From Chrysomallon squamiferum (taxonomy: Eukaryota; Animalia; Mollusca): 64,000 bases of DNA. The DNA is taken from the NCBI GenBank assembly GCA_012295275.1, contig CM022679.1, forward strand, positions 7,192,001 through 7,256,000. The letters are read 5' to 3'. Below, piece by piece: positions 63,872-64,000 of this stretch. Position 1 is the first letter of the stretch. Every line of letters starts with the position of its first letter. The notes beneath the pieces are model-generated. The model searched no databases and was not told the DNA's origin. It worked only from the letters and a program-made list of their open reading frames with translations. The position numbers and the translations under genes are program-made.

Positions 63872-64000
63872 GTCTGAAGTGCTGTGTTTTAACATCTGTT
63901 CACTAAAAATTAAATTAAAAATCCCTGTTCATGATAATAATGGTTTCAGTGTGAAAAATAAAAATAAAATGAATATTAATAACAAGTTAGTAATAATAAA

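Overview
AT-rich, intron-containing, microsatellite-rich animal genomic DNA. It is most likely a mollusc or other lophotrochozoan, because the ATF4 protein closely resembles Aplysia CREB2. Exons were built by hand from GT/AG boundaries and reading phase. Left to right: (1) the 5' end of METAP1 (- strand, runs off the left edge), head-to-head with (2) a complete 11-exon class III alcohol dehydrogenase ADH5 (+), which has one GC-AG intron; (3) ATF4/CREB2 (-) with the classic uORF1/overlapping-uORF2 leader and an apparent 1-nt frame break; (4) a 29-coding-exon CEP112 (-) with an unexpected 600-aa N-terminal extension; (5) a nested antisense 3-exon gene for a secreted 10-Cys prokineticin/astakine-like peptide inside a CEP112 intron, which the ORF track misses; (6) a probable decayed gene or long spliced leader at 39-47 kb; (7) two divergently oriented FOXRED2 paralogs. 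The FOXRED2 5' exons look homogenised, while the + strand copy has lost its second (NAD(P)H-binding) Rossmann motif. I saw no rRNA, tRNA, CRISPR array or intact transposon. Two independent single-base frame anomalies suggest residual indel errors in the assembly. Family assignments come from recalled motifs; no database searches were run.
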